A DNA stretch of 64,000 bases from positions 16,492,001-16,556,000 of the forward strand of contig OZ116702.1 in NCBI GenBank assembly GCA_964199315.1, read 5' to 3'. Below the pieces are notes generated by a model that saw only the letters and a program-made list of their open reading frames with translations, made no database searches and had not been told where the DNA came from. Within the stretch, counting starts at the first letter, position 1, and the number at the start of each line of letters is the position of its first letter. This document shows, piece after piece, positions 49,101 through 60,367 of the stretch. The DNA comes from Orbicella franksi (taxonomy: Eukaryota). The position numbers were made by a program, and so were the translations under genes.

Positions 49101-49850
49101 CTTTTGCTGTTGATGTGAACGTTGTTATACCGACAGTACAAGCAGCTCTACAGATGTTCAGTGGCACGCTGACTCCAGAGCAAACCTTCGGTAGAGATCC
49201 TTTAGCGCCTTACGTTACAAAAACTGATGCCAGGCAAAGGGAGTTCAAGAAATACTATCGAGTTTCATAGTTTTGTTCAGTGAAATTGCCAATACAAATT
49301 ATACCCCTTTCCAAGATGCCGTACTGTACTATTTAAGGCTGACGAATTATCTTGCCTGTAGGTAACTTGATAATTCATTTTCAACTATGTCTTGTGAGAA
49401 TCTATATCATTAACTTCAGGGTCTGTACTCCGATAGAGCAACAACTGCTGTCATTATTAAGTTACTTTTCTGGTAACCATAAATTTAACTTTTATTTGTT
49501 AATGTGGGTTTTACGCATATGATTTGTCAATGTAAATGGAAAAATAGAAACTTCAGTGGAATAGATTTCAATTTTTTGGTTTTTTGGTTTTTTCGATTGG
49601 TTAGGAAAACGGAAAAATGGAAAATGGACAAAATATCGTTTTTAGCCATAAACAAGATTTTTCTAATTTTTAGATTTATCTTAAAATTAGAAAAATGGAA
49701 AAATGATGCGTTTTTACTGACCCATTTCTAATTTAACACTTTTCTTGGTCAGCTGAAAATGAATACAAACAGTTTAGTTTAGTAATATTTGCTTATTCCA
49801 TATTTCACGAAAATTGAAAAATTGAATTGGCCGAACCGTGCACAGACCCT
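46199..49850. repeat. Pair of long inverted repeats (~46199-46590 and ~49530-49850) bracketing the transposase remnant
   Basis: AGGGTC(C/T)GTGCA.GGTTCGGCCAATTCAATTTTTCAATTTTC... is present in opposite orientations; no TSD seen. Confidence 0.8.
47960..49360 (+). pseudogene. Decayed intron-containing rve/integrase-core DDE transposase
   Basis: 48001 frame: NPVPYFAEYFGHKLNLDQNEK...YGVTEVIAVDGYS...NNIIIYRDVFR|gt; 48850-49020: YPIKREMENNG...AVNSWNSHPIPG|gt; the middle is missing. Confidence 0.7.
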
Positions 49851-50522
49851 TCTGAAACCGAGCAGAACGAGGTGTCACGTTTCCCGAAATGTAGATTACG
49901 GTTTGTAAAAAACAATCGGTTAAAACAGCATGAAGTGGAGTAATTGGTACGACTACTGTAGGAAGCAGTAATGTATGCATCTTTAAGAATTACCGATTTA
50001 AAATTGGCAATGAAGTCTAGGAAACTTTGCATGCGCGGTTTTTCGCACGTGCACTCAGGCTTGTTCGTTTTCGCAGTCACACAACGCTCCCCTCAATTAA
50101 TACGTGGCCCAGTCAGGTTCAAAAGAACAATAACGCAATTCACCGGGTAGATCGTTACACAGCAGATGGGTTTGTTAATTTAGTTATCCAAGATTTATCC
50201 AGAGACTAATCCGGTAGATAATGATAATTAAACTTTGTGATTGCTGAAGTGTAAGTAGCATAGTAACAGAGCGACATGGTCACGCAACCATAGCGTATGG
50301 TTTTCTGTATTTCATGAACAAGAAGTTACGTTTATTTCTAAGTACTTCTCCGTTTTAGGTTGTTCTTCAAACACTATACCTTGAAGATGATTTCACTAGG
50401 ATTGCCAGATTTCCGAGTGACATCAGTGGTGGTTTTGATGCTACATTTTAGCAAGACAAACTTACCGTGCAGGTCATGGGTGAGAGCGTACCTGATCAGT
50501 TCACTGGGCCAGCTGGGGCGTT

Positions 50523-50760
50523 AGTAGTAATGCACGCTTATATTAGCGGTAACCAATCGGGAGCCGAGAAAGACAATAGGCTATTGTTTCGAGAACAATG
50601 GATTCTATTGTTCTCCAAATCCAAGATGGCAGCTTGAAAAATCAGACCAATCAGGAGTCGAATTAAGAATTCAAGATGGCGGCACCCAGGAAAGTCGGCC
50701 ATGTTGGAAAACAGCCCACCAGCCTCGATGGAGGACCTGGGATCGGTCTCATGGATTTTC
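50523..50760. promoter_or_regulatory. Putative left terminal inverted repeat / origin region of the Polinton
   Basis: Starts AGTAGTAA; two CCAATC boxes and two CAAGATGGC (YY1-like) motifs; the partner TIR lies outside the window. Confidence 0.6.
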
Positions 50761-51279
50761 ATGGTGACACAAATCACGCCAGGGTCACGCAAAAAATGTC
50801 ATGCAACTTCAAACTCGATACTTACAGTGTCCTGTGGTCCTTAACAACAGAGGTCCGTCCGACAAGTGGCCATGATGACGACTGAGTGACTTGGGTCCGA
50901 CTGCAGGTTAGAGAGGGTGTTGCAAAGCATCATGGGACGATGACCTCTTCGTGAACCAATTAGAATGAATTAAAGTACTTACAGTGGTTGGCTTCCCCAG
51001 TCCCCCTCTCTTAAGGAGAGCACTAAACCCCGAGCGTGTTGATAAGTGGGGCACTCCCCGAGGGTTGGTTACCCCGGCTCGTGGAGGAAATCCTGGACCG
51101 ATCAGCACTCCCAGGGTGGGTATCATTGAGGCGCAACCTCGACTCTTTGTCCCGACCCTTCCCTAATTGAACCTTGTCCTGCAGGCTAAGCGATCCGTCC
51201 AAAAACTATTTACACTATGCACAAAAAAACTATTTACAAGTTGCCAGGGGTGTTGTCGGACTTTGGAAAACAAAACTAT

Positions 51280-54200
51280 TTACAATTCCAATAAGGTTTC
51301 AGCATTTTCCATGTCCACATCGTTGAACCCAGATGGTGTGTATCCATAAGGATAGGACTTGAAGGTGTCCGGATCATCCACACGTTTGTCAAACACCAAT
51401 CCATATCTTTTGGTGCGAGGACCAACTTTTAGCTGTTTGGTGGCCGGATGTCTGGTGAAGAAATTGGGATTGACGACATTGATGTTTCTGCGGTCGTCAA
51501 GAGGATCCTTCAATTCATCTAGAAGCTTCTGGTGCATTATGTTGTAGTTAAGTTGTTGCTGACCACTAACATTGAGGGTGAACCGTTTTACCGTTTACCT
51601 TTACCGTTTTTGGTCTTGTATCCATAATTCTTTGGTCTTGCTGAGGTGAAATCGATAATGTAATCCCCATCGTCAATTCGTTGGTCATTTCACCTAGAAA
51701 GTCTCCCAGAGGAATGTTGGGTTGGCCAGGCTTCCACAAGAAAATGACAGAGTCCGTGTTGAAGTATAAGACTTGTTGTTGCAGCTGCTCTAGATAGGAG
51801 TACAACTTTAAACAGGCCCAACAGGTAGTGAAGGCAGCAATGAAAATGTTGACACGTCCGTTGTCAGGCTGGTTTTCCTTCAGATTTGAGTAGACCACTT
51901 CCAAGGAATCTTGTAAACAAATGCGCACCGTTTGGATGTCTGTGAAGGTGTTTGACACTAGAGCAAAGATATAAGGGGGTGTGGTGACTGCCTCAGTGGT
52001 TTTCTTGTGAAGATTTTTGCCAAATTTGCCCAAAAAGGAATTCAACATTAACTTTGCTGTACATGTACCTTTACGTCTTGGATTTTTTTCAATGAGGAGA
52101 GGATTTAAGGTGATGCCTTTTTTGTCGTGGTAGTCACGGACGTATTGCTGTTTTTGTTCCTCAGTCTACGCCCATCCAGGATACCCGGCTGATTCCTGTT
52201 TCATTTTTAATTGTGTTGACATAGTCAGCAAAGAGCCCTTCTTGACATTGTTCTTCTGGAAAATGCCAGACCTCGTGGATGTGTACTGATGTGGTACCCG
52301 ACCTCTACTGCTTTGACGAGTTCAGGGGTGCACCACTTACCCCTAAGAAGACGTTCCTCTAGAGAGTGAGGACAAAGATGCAATTTTTCCAAGAGGCCCT
52401 TGGTCATCTCTTCCATGCAGGTTCTGCAAAGAGGTAATGACAGTTTACCACGATGTCGGAAGGGCAAGACAGGATGATGCAAATGATAGGGAGGAATCAC
52501 ATCTACTTTTGCTTCATCAAAGTACGCATGGATGTCTTGGTTCTCTGGGTTGGTGATGATGATGGCATGACCAATGGGGTACTCTTGTGTCTTGTTAACC
52601 CACGGGTACAAGGAGGTCACGTCCACGTATTGGATTTGTTCACCCTGGTCCTCATTGGCCACATGATGGAGGCGAACGCCGTTGGTACATCCCCCAAAGA
52701 AGGCATCTCTTGAATTAAGAGATTCGACCATCTCGTACGATGCTAGGAACTGTTTGAGATCTTCATTGCTTTTGACTTCACGATCCCAATCACATTCCCA
52801 CATGATTTTAAGGTTGTACCCGTGCTGGTGAAGAAGACGGTGTTTCTGTTGAGTGACTTCATACAATTCTTGGATGGTACGATCAGGATGGAATTTTGAA
52901 TGTCGGTCATGATGATGGGGATGACAACGAGGACAACCGTGCCATAGACATCCATGAAATTCATAGACAATGTGGTTCTGTACATCGAGGCCATCTACCA
53001 GGAAGTGGAGCACTCTCTGTTCGCCACCATTGCTCGCATGTCGAATGCAGTCTGCTTGAGGCTCATTGTTGGGGGAAGAGGGACTGTCACGACAAAGAAG
53101 GTGTTCCTGCCATGCTAGCCACTTGTATGCTTTTACAGATTGGTTGGTACGAGCTCCTTGCCATCCTTGCATGGGTTCGGTGGCTATGCTGTTGGGAGTC
53201 AGGAGTTTCTTCCACCAGAACTGATTGCACGCAGACGCTATGGTCACACACTTCTCGATGGGGTCAAATTGAGCATGTTGCTGGAATTCTTCTCTGAACT
53301 TTTGACATCCGGCTTTTAGGAGTTTGACATCTGACTCACAGTAGGCTCTTATTTCTGTTTTAAGATTGAAGATGTAGTTGTTTCTGACCTTCTCTGCATA
53401 CCACTGTTCAAATTCTACCTTCTTCTTAGCTGACATGCTATCAGGATTATACATCTCAGCAGGAGGTATGGGTCCTTCATAGTCTTGATTTTCACGAGTA
53501 TTGAATTTGTGTGGAAAGAACCCTTTGATTAATTCTTGGATGCCAAAGGTAGAAGGGAAGTTAGCAAGAGGACAGGGAAGGAAGCAGAGTGAATCTTTGA
53601 AGGTCAATTGGTCTGATTTGAAGGACAGCACTTTGGTGGCGACGGTGATCTGATCCGTGACTTCCCGATACTTCGCCTAGCAATGTTGCATCGGGAACAT
53701 CCCGTCATATCCTTTGAGGTTATGGAAGACAACAATCACACTCCGATCGTCCCCGTCTTGATCCACAGCCAAAGATTCCAACCATTCAAAGAAAGGCTCT
53801 GTACAGTCTGCAACACAGAAGGATTTGTTCTGGTCCTCTTCGTCGCTCTCTGTGCTAAGCAAGATGGGAGTTTGCACTCCCTCGTCGTCCACGGTCGCTT
53901 CATAATCACAACAGACTTGGAGGGGTGGATCTCTCTCTACCCACACTCTGGTATCTGCATCTTCAGGATTGGGTTCTTCAAAAAGGATGCGTTCCAACTT
54001 TGTTGTGTGGTACCCATTTCATTTTGGTATCATCCTCCTCTTCTGGAATGGTCTGGATGTAACATTGGTGAGAAGCGATGTGCACTTGTTGTTCACAAAT
54101 GGGGCACTAACTCCAACCGCAGATATGATCACTGGATTTTCTATCTCCTCTGTGACTTCTTTTTCTCGGTTTTGCCTCATAGGTCTTGCAACACTCCAAG

Positions 54201-54590
54201 CAGAGTGTCACAGATAAAAGGAATATTTTTACCGCGACGATGAAGATGGTAAGAGTAACAGTCTTCACCGAAAAAGGATCGATGATACAGACGGCAAAGA
54301 GAAGAGGGTGAAGGGGATTTGCCCAGACCCAACGGTCGTTTAGCCTCTGTGAAATCCAGGCAGTCCTTTTGATGACACGATGGACACCATTTACCATCGC
54401 AGGGATGATTTTCATGATCATCGTGATCGTACCCCTGATTGCATTTATCACAGAAATATGATTTGTTGAGGAATCCCTTAAACGAGTTACACCCATCCTG
54501 ATGGTCATGAGCACGTGTGGTGGAGTGACCGATAAGACTTTTATTTGATGTTCAGGGAGTGCTGCTTGGAACTTTTGTAGTTCGGAGATG
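51280..54590 (-). pseudogene. polB: Protein-primed family B DNA polymerase, main body (exonuclease + polymerase, with a Vsr-like nuclease insertion), frameshifted
   Basis: CDYEAT / FHNLKGYDG / FKDSL exonuclease motifs; YCESDVKLL; VDG...VYEFHGCLWHGC insert; YVDVTSLYP; LNSFLGKFG; YFNTDS (decayed DTDS). Confidence 0.93.
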
Positions 54591-56772
54591 GTAAGGTAGG
54601 TAAAACTTTATTTATGCAGGGTGGCCCATTCAGCACAGTGGCTGGTATCCAGAGGGGCCCTGCTAAATACAATTTCTAAAAATATAAAATGTCTAATAGT
54701 TTAAAATAGTTATAAAAATAGAGTTAAAAAAAAACTAATGTCTAGTAGTTGAAATAGTTATATAAAAAGAGTTTAAAAAATTGAAACGAGTTACAAGCAT
54801 GAACTGGTAGGGAAAAAAATAGATATCATAAATTAGGTGCTATAAATAAAATGGGCTTTGACAAGATTTTTAAAAGAGGAGAGTGATACAGCTTGTTGGA
54901 TTTTACAAGGTAGTGAATTAAAAAGGGCTGTGCCAGAAAATATTAAAGTACGTTTGCCAAGGCTAAGTTTGGGTTTGGGTAGATGGAGGTCAGCCTTCCT
55001 TCGAGTGTTGTAACCATGTACATTGTAGTTCCTAATGAAATAGTTACTTAAATACTGAGGAACTAAGTTATGCAAACATTTAAAAACTAAAACACATTTG
55101 TGGATTTTATGGTTTGTTTCTAAGTCAGTCCACCCTAAAACATTAAAAGTATCTCTAGAAGAGTCACGCTTGAGAATGATACGGGCAGCACGGTTTTGCA
55201 ACCGCTGCAGACTTTTGCTGGAGCCAACAGACAGTTCACCCCAAGCAGTGTCAGTATAACTTAAGATTGGCTCAATAAGGGTATTGTCGACACACTTCGC
55301 TGCTTTAAGAGTGAGGCAAGATCGTATGCGTGCTAGAAGTCCTAGACGCTTATTAACTTTTTTACAAGTAGTGTCTATATGCTCTTTCCAGTGAAGCTGT
55401 TCATCGAGCATAGTCCCAAGGTAAGTGAACTTCGTCACTCTCTCTATGTCCTTGCTTTGAATCTGCAGGACAAAGTCTGAGGTGGTTTGCAGCAGTTGTC
55501 TTGTTCCAAAGAGTAATCCTTTGGTTTTGCTCTGGTTTAGTATTAGCTTACTGTTCACCAACCACTGCTCAACACGGTTGAGGTCTTCTTGTAAATTTTC
55601 CCTGATGTTGCTAACCTCAGATCCAGAATAATAGATAACAGTGTCATCCGCATACATGCTAATCGACGAGTGCAGTAAACATTGAGGCAAATCGTTTATG
55701 TGTATCACAAATAATAGAGGCCCCAACAAGAAACCCTGAGGAACAGCGAAGTCGAGAGGAAGGCTGGATGATAACTCCTTTCCATATTGAACTCGCTGCG
55801 AGCGGGTGGTGAGCTAGTTTCTGAACCAGCCGAGACTGTGCCCTCTAACTCCATAGTGCTCTAGCTTGTGAAGGAGACATTTGTGGTCAGCAAGATCGAA
55901 AGCCTTTTTTAAGTCAATAAAGGCAGCGCCAGTCAGCTGTTGTTTGTCCATGTGTTCTAATATATGATCAACCAAGTGGACAACCGTGGTTTCAGTAGAA
56001 TGCTTCTTACGGAAGCCGGATTGATATACCGATAGAACTTTGTTAACCTCAAAAAATGCTAACAGTTGAACTTGGACCGCACGTTCCATGACCTTGGAAA
56101 CGAGGGGGAGAACTGAAATCGGACGATAGTTGTTCTCGTCATCCTTTTTTCCTGCCTTAAAAATGGGAGTTACGTTAGCCTCCTTCCACTGAGATGGGAT
56201 TTCGCCAGACGAAATTGTGAGGTTTATGAGATAAGTGATTGGCTTGGCTATTACAGAGGATGCGTCTTTGAGGAGTTTTGCGGGGATTTTGTCAAGCCCG
56301 GTAGCTTTGGATGATTTTAGCTCTGACAGCTCATGGCGCACAAAACTGGCGTTAACTTCTTGCAGAGTAAAGTCATTGTTAACTCTGGGGGCTAAAATTC
56401 TTGGCAAGGTATGGTCTTTGAAGACGCTGCATAGATTCTTTGCAATTGATGAAAAGAACTTGTTAAAGTTCGTTGCCGACATTGTTTCTGATCCTCTGGA
56501 CGCAGATTTCTTTTGTTTAGGTAAGATCTTGTTTAGTGTTCGCCACATTTCTTTAGAGCTTTGATCATTTGAGAGCTGGCTGGAGTAATAACAACATTTT
56601 TCTTTACGTATTTTTGTGTTCACAGCATTACACAATCTTTTGCAGTTGCTCCAGTGAAGCTCTTTGTTTGTTGACATCGCTTTTTTGTGTTGATGATCAC
56701 GCTGGTGCATGAGGTCTTTTATTTCTGGCGTTAGCCATGGCACGGATCTTCCGCGGACACGGCGCGTGACAA
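54591..56772 (-). mobile_element. 5'-truncated LINE (L2/CR1-type RT) inserted in pPolB
   Basis: PWLTPEI, NYRPISVLP, FIDLKKAFD, VPQG.LLGPLLF, YADDT; one nonsense TAG at 55814-16; 3' tail AATAAA then TTACC-like repeats; TSD CGGAGATG at 54583-90 and 56773-80. Confidence 0.95.
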
Positions 56773-57796
56773 CGGAGATGCCACATGGTCCCTCAGGGAC
56801 TCCCGCTAAGTGATGGAGTTCATTGGCCAATCGCTCTTGGACAGGATAGCCTTGTTTGAGATTATGGTAATGATGATCTCGGGTATTACCATTTGCATCA
56901 ATCAAGGCTTTCATGGTCACAATGGCCCAAGCACAAAACAGCTTGTCCTTGTTTTTGATGGGGACGCGGGACGTTTTGACAATCCCAGGAACAGCTGTGC
57001 TGCTTGGTTTGTAGCGTTTGCCATTTCCACTACCAGGTGCAGGGGTATGAATAAATGTTGTCTCCACCGTGAATGAGTTGTCAGGAATGAATTCCTGGTT
57101 GGAGTTTAACTTCTGCGCCAGGGCTTGCAGATATATGTCTAAACGCTCTGACCCGTCCTTGAACTCCCCAATGGTAAACGTCATCAATTGGAAGGCATGG
57201 GTGAATGCGTCTGATTGCATTGTGAAATGCACGGTCGAGTGAGGAGTGAGGTTGCTGTCGGCCTCGATCTGATGGCGGATGGTCCGTCGTAATGCCTCCA
57301 TGACCTCTCGTCCCAAGTCGTCAGTGGGATTGGCTTTGCAGTGTTGCTGTATGTGAGCCTGATATCTGTTTATGCAGGACATCGCACCATATCCTTCGAG
57401 GTCCCACGGGGCGCATCTCAAAATCCAGCACGGCTCTGGTGGTGGTGGTGGTGGTGCCCCACCGACCATTACCCCTTCCGGAGGCAAGGAAGGTCCGTCC
57501 GAAGACGCGCCAGTCGATGGGGACTTTGACATCTCCATGTACAGGTCTAAAGCTGGATGGAAGATCCAATTGTTGTCATCATCAAAGAACGCATCGTCGT
57601 GTGACCTTTTAGTTCCTACAAGACCTGGCTTTTGCCCCAGGGAACGGCTTCAACGGGGTGTGATGACCAGGGGAAACGATCGCGGAGGGGATAGAGATTG
57701 GCTTCAGAGCAAAACACGCTGATGTGGCTGTGAAGTGAACATGACTGCCTCACGACTAGCTATGAAATGACTCAATGATACACATGCACTGCTCAT
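56773..57796 (-). pseudogene. pPolB gene N-terminal region (before the LINE insertion)
   Basis: One frame from ATG 57796 (or 57742) with TGA at 57704-06 and 57650-52; IKNKDKLFCAWAIV...GVPEGPCGIS; rejoins ELQKFQAALP at 54583 in frame once the LINE is removed. Confidence 0.75.
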
Positions 57797-58305
57797 CTTA
57801 CTTAGAAGATGTCGTATCTGACCAATCATAACAAAATGTGACCAAAAAAGGAAACAAGTATATGCCAATAACCATTTAGTACTTTTACAAAGCGCGTGAG
57901 AAACGCGTTCATCTACATATGTAATATCAAACACGTGAAACTATAGCATGATGTAATATTCTGAATCAAAAACACTGGAGTAACACATTCAATAATAAAA
58001 TAAGTAAACCCAATGTCTTAACCACTAGACCATCATTGAAATACTTCAAGTGGAAATGAATTGCTAATGGATATATAGTCCTTTCAAATTCCTCCAATGC
58101 ATCGCACAGCTCTTGATCACTTATATCCACAATCGCCAAGACAAGAATGAGAAGACGTGTGTCCAACTTTGTCACAAGTAAAATGAATTCTCTCAAGACC
58201 GTTTGACTTATAAACGGGTATTCACAAAAAAGTACACAATGTCACGTAGTTAACAACCAAGAAGAAGATGGCGATAGGGGGTACGCAATATCACATGGTT
58301 AAGAA

Positions 58306-58800
58306 TCAATGAGAAGACGGGGGATAAGGGGTACCATTTGCCATTAAATTGTTATAAACAAAACAGAGTCTGGTGCTTAATTTATACCGTTTATTGAATA
58401 ACGTGAACTCCAAAGGGAGAAATTGATTATAACTTAACTTTTTCTTAGCCTGCATGATTCTCTTCACAATCTTTTCAGTCATGGTTTTGCTGCCAGGTAA
58501 CTTATCAATGGCCTTGATCATCTTTGTATCCGCTTTCCACTTGTCTTGCAAATTCTTAGGGTGACTGTAATCGATATCATGTTGTTTAGTGATCTTGTCC
58601 AAACGATTGATGCCTGGATCGCCTTGTTTCAGTCTTTTGGCCAATTTGGTCCCAGGTCCCATGTACTGGTACCCAGGCCAGTGAAATTCCATTCCCGTCT
58701 TGCCCAGCCATTTCTGAATGTCGACACCACTCCCGTGTTGCTTAATAAGTCATCGGGTCTTGATGCGTGCACTATGTCGGGTCTTGCTAGTTTGAGTCAT
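58306..58800 (-). pseudogene. Parvovirus VP1u-type phospholipase A2 domain protein with a basic leader
   Basis: PGYQYMGPGT Ca-loop and HDIDY catalytic motif; upstream in frame MTQTSKTRHSARIKTR*LIKQHGSG from ATG 58800; the true C-terminus is probably near 58430. Confidence 0.85.
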
Positions 58801-59381
58801 AATCGCGTTGTAGATTTCTTTTTAGTTTCTTGCCCTCAGCCCAGTCTTCCCAACCACTCGTAGGTTTTAAGCGTTCGGCCTCGTTTTTACGTTTTCCCTT
58901 ACCTTTGTCTTTACCCAGGAGAATGTTAGCTTTTCTTAGGTACATTCCCAGTTCTGAGTCAGGCAATGGAATGGGTGCTTTAGACATAGACATAGACATA
59001 GACAGTGTAGCTTCTTCCTTGATCTTCAGTGTCTTCTTACCTCGAGAAGTGTTAATCAATTGTTTGGACATGGTTTCCAACAGACCCTTCACCAAGGCTC
59101 CTTCCTCGTCTTCCTCTTCGCTGACATCAGCACTATTGCTTGACTAAGCACCAATGTCTCATACGTTTGGTTAAACAACCTCTTTGACGAGCTAAAGGTT
59201 TAATTTTCTTGATAGCAATCGAATCTGGAATCGATTTATCGCAGAGTATCACATGATTTTCGGCAGCCAAACGTCCTGCTTTGTTTAACAAGGCATTGTT
59301 GGTGATTTCTGCTTTGTAATACTGAACCAATTGGTCAAACTCTTTCGTGGGTACCATCATGACTTCTTCTGTCATTTTCAA
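58787..59381 (-). pseudogene. Unknown viral protein (probably one gene split into track ORFs 59133-59381 and 58787-59095)
   Basis: Co-oriented, tightly packed ORFs; acidic linker SEEEDEEG leads into ALVKGLLETM in the second frame. Confidence 0.45.
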
Positions 59382-59494
59382 AATGTTGTTGGAGTAGTGT
59401 TTCGTAGCTGTCTTGCCAGTAACGGAGTTCAGTCTCTTTTTTCTCGTGTTTGAGTGTCAAACTGGCTGTTGTGTCTTTATCTCGACTACAATTC

Positions 59495-59764
59495 CTACAC
59501 AGAGTAATAGTATCTCCAGGTGGTGTGGTGTCTGATAATATGACACCTTTCGCACAGGTCCTCGAACTTAAAAGCTAAATACTCTTGATTGAAGTTCTCG
59601 TACTTCCTTTTCCAGTACTGCACATTGTTTTTCAATTGTTCCACTCTTTCGTTGGCTTGTTGTAATAACTTTACCAATTTGCTCAAGGTTTCTTTGAGTT
59701 TGGGGACGAAGTCGTAACCTTGCAGAGGATAACCGAGGGCATTTTGGGTGTTTAACATCCACAT
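59495..59764 (-). CDS. Small coiled-coil protein of the viral element, function unknown
   Basis: LKETLSKLVKLLQQANERVEQLKNNVQYWKRKYE heptad pattern; position inside the viral gene cluster. Confidence 0.4.
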   Translation of the reverse strand: MWMLNTQNALGYPLQGYDFVPKLKETLSKLVKLLQQANERVEQLKNNVQYWKRKYENFNQEYLAFKFEDLCERCHIIRHHTTWRYYYSV

Positions 59765-60078
59765 GCTTGGAACACGTCGTTCAAACCTTGCCAGAATCCA
59801 CTACCTTTTTGTTCTTGGAGATGTTCTCTTCACCTCTTGATCGAGTTTCTGCATTACCCCACCTTGCGTAGCGTTGTCTTATAGTAATGTAGTTTTGCCA
59901 TGGTGATTGGGTGAACGGGAATTCTGTTTCGTAATAGATTGAGAACCATTTCGCTCACGGCATTGATTTGATCTGCATTAGCATGATCTAACATCTCCTG
60001 TCTCCTATTCCGATTGGCCTATTTGAGAATAGCCTCCAAGAAAGGGCGTTGTCTGCGTAATTGAATCATACTTCCCAT
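59752..60078 (-). pseudogene. Small conserved Polinton-type basic protein (109 codons, three in-frame stops; absent from the ORF track)
   Basis: MGSMIQLRRQRPFLEAILK*ANRNRRQEMLDHANADQINAVSEMVLNLLRNRIPV...LRKVG*...KR*REHLQEQKGSGFWQGL; resembles the recurrent Maverick 'LN.L...P...KL...LR.L...Q.GG' protein as I recall it. Confidence 0.65.
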
Positions 60079-60148
60079 GGTGCAGGATGTCTGTTGTAAG
60101 TGCCTGTGACCTTCGCCTCACTGTTTACTTCTTTTCTTGGTCTTTCGT

Positions 60149-60367
60149 TTATTTTTCATTGTCGACGTTTACGCGAAGCAGCTTCCAAACCCTTTTTACA
60201 CTGGAACCAGCTACTCTAGAGATTCCTCCTAGAGCCGCCGCCTTGCCTGCTGCTACTAAGGCTGGAATGAGAGCTGCCAATGGTAACAATCCCCCTTTTT
60301 GTGCCTTTCTTCGTCTCGTTGGTTTTCTACGAACCGTTCGTTTGCTCATCATGACACATACTACCAC
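60149..60367 (-). CDS. Small basic/amphipathic putative virion core or membrane-lytic protein
   Basis: MSKRTVRRKPTRRRKAQKGG followed by LLPLAALIPALVAAGKAAALGG, an architecture like adenovirus pX/pVII precursors. Confidence 0.6.
   Translation of the reverse strand: MVVCVMMSKRTVRRKPTRRRKAQKGGLLPLAALIPALVAAGKAAALGGISRVAGSSVKRVWKLLRVNVDNEK

Noticed and set aside
55814-57538. 574-aa ORF as a genuine novel RT-fusion gene
   Set aside because: The TSD and in-frame restoration of pPolB show a LINE insertion junction; the RT is cut by a stop before its catalytic YADD
57966-58196. Small ORF between PLA2 and pPolB
   Set aside because: It may be a small viral gene (DISDQELCDALEEFE), but support is too weak to call
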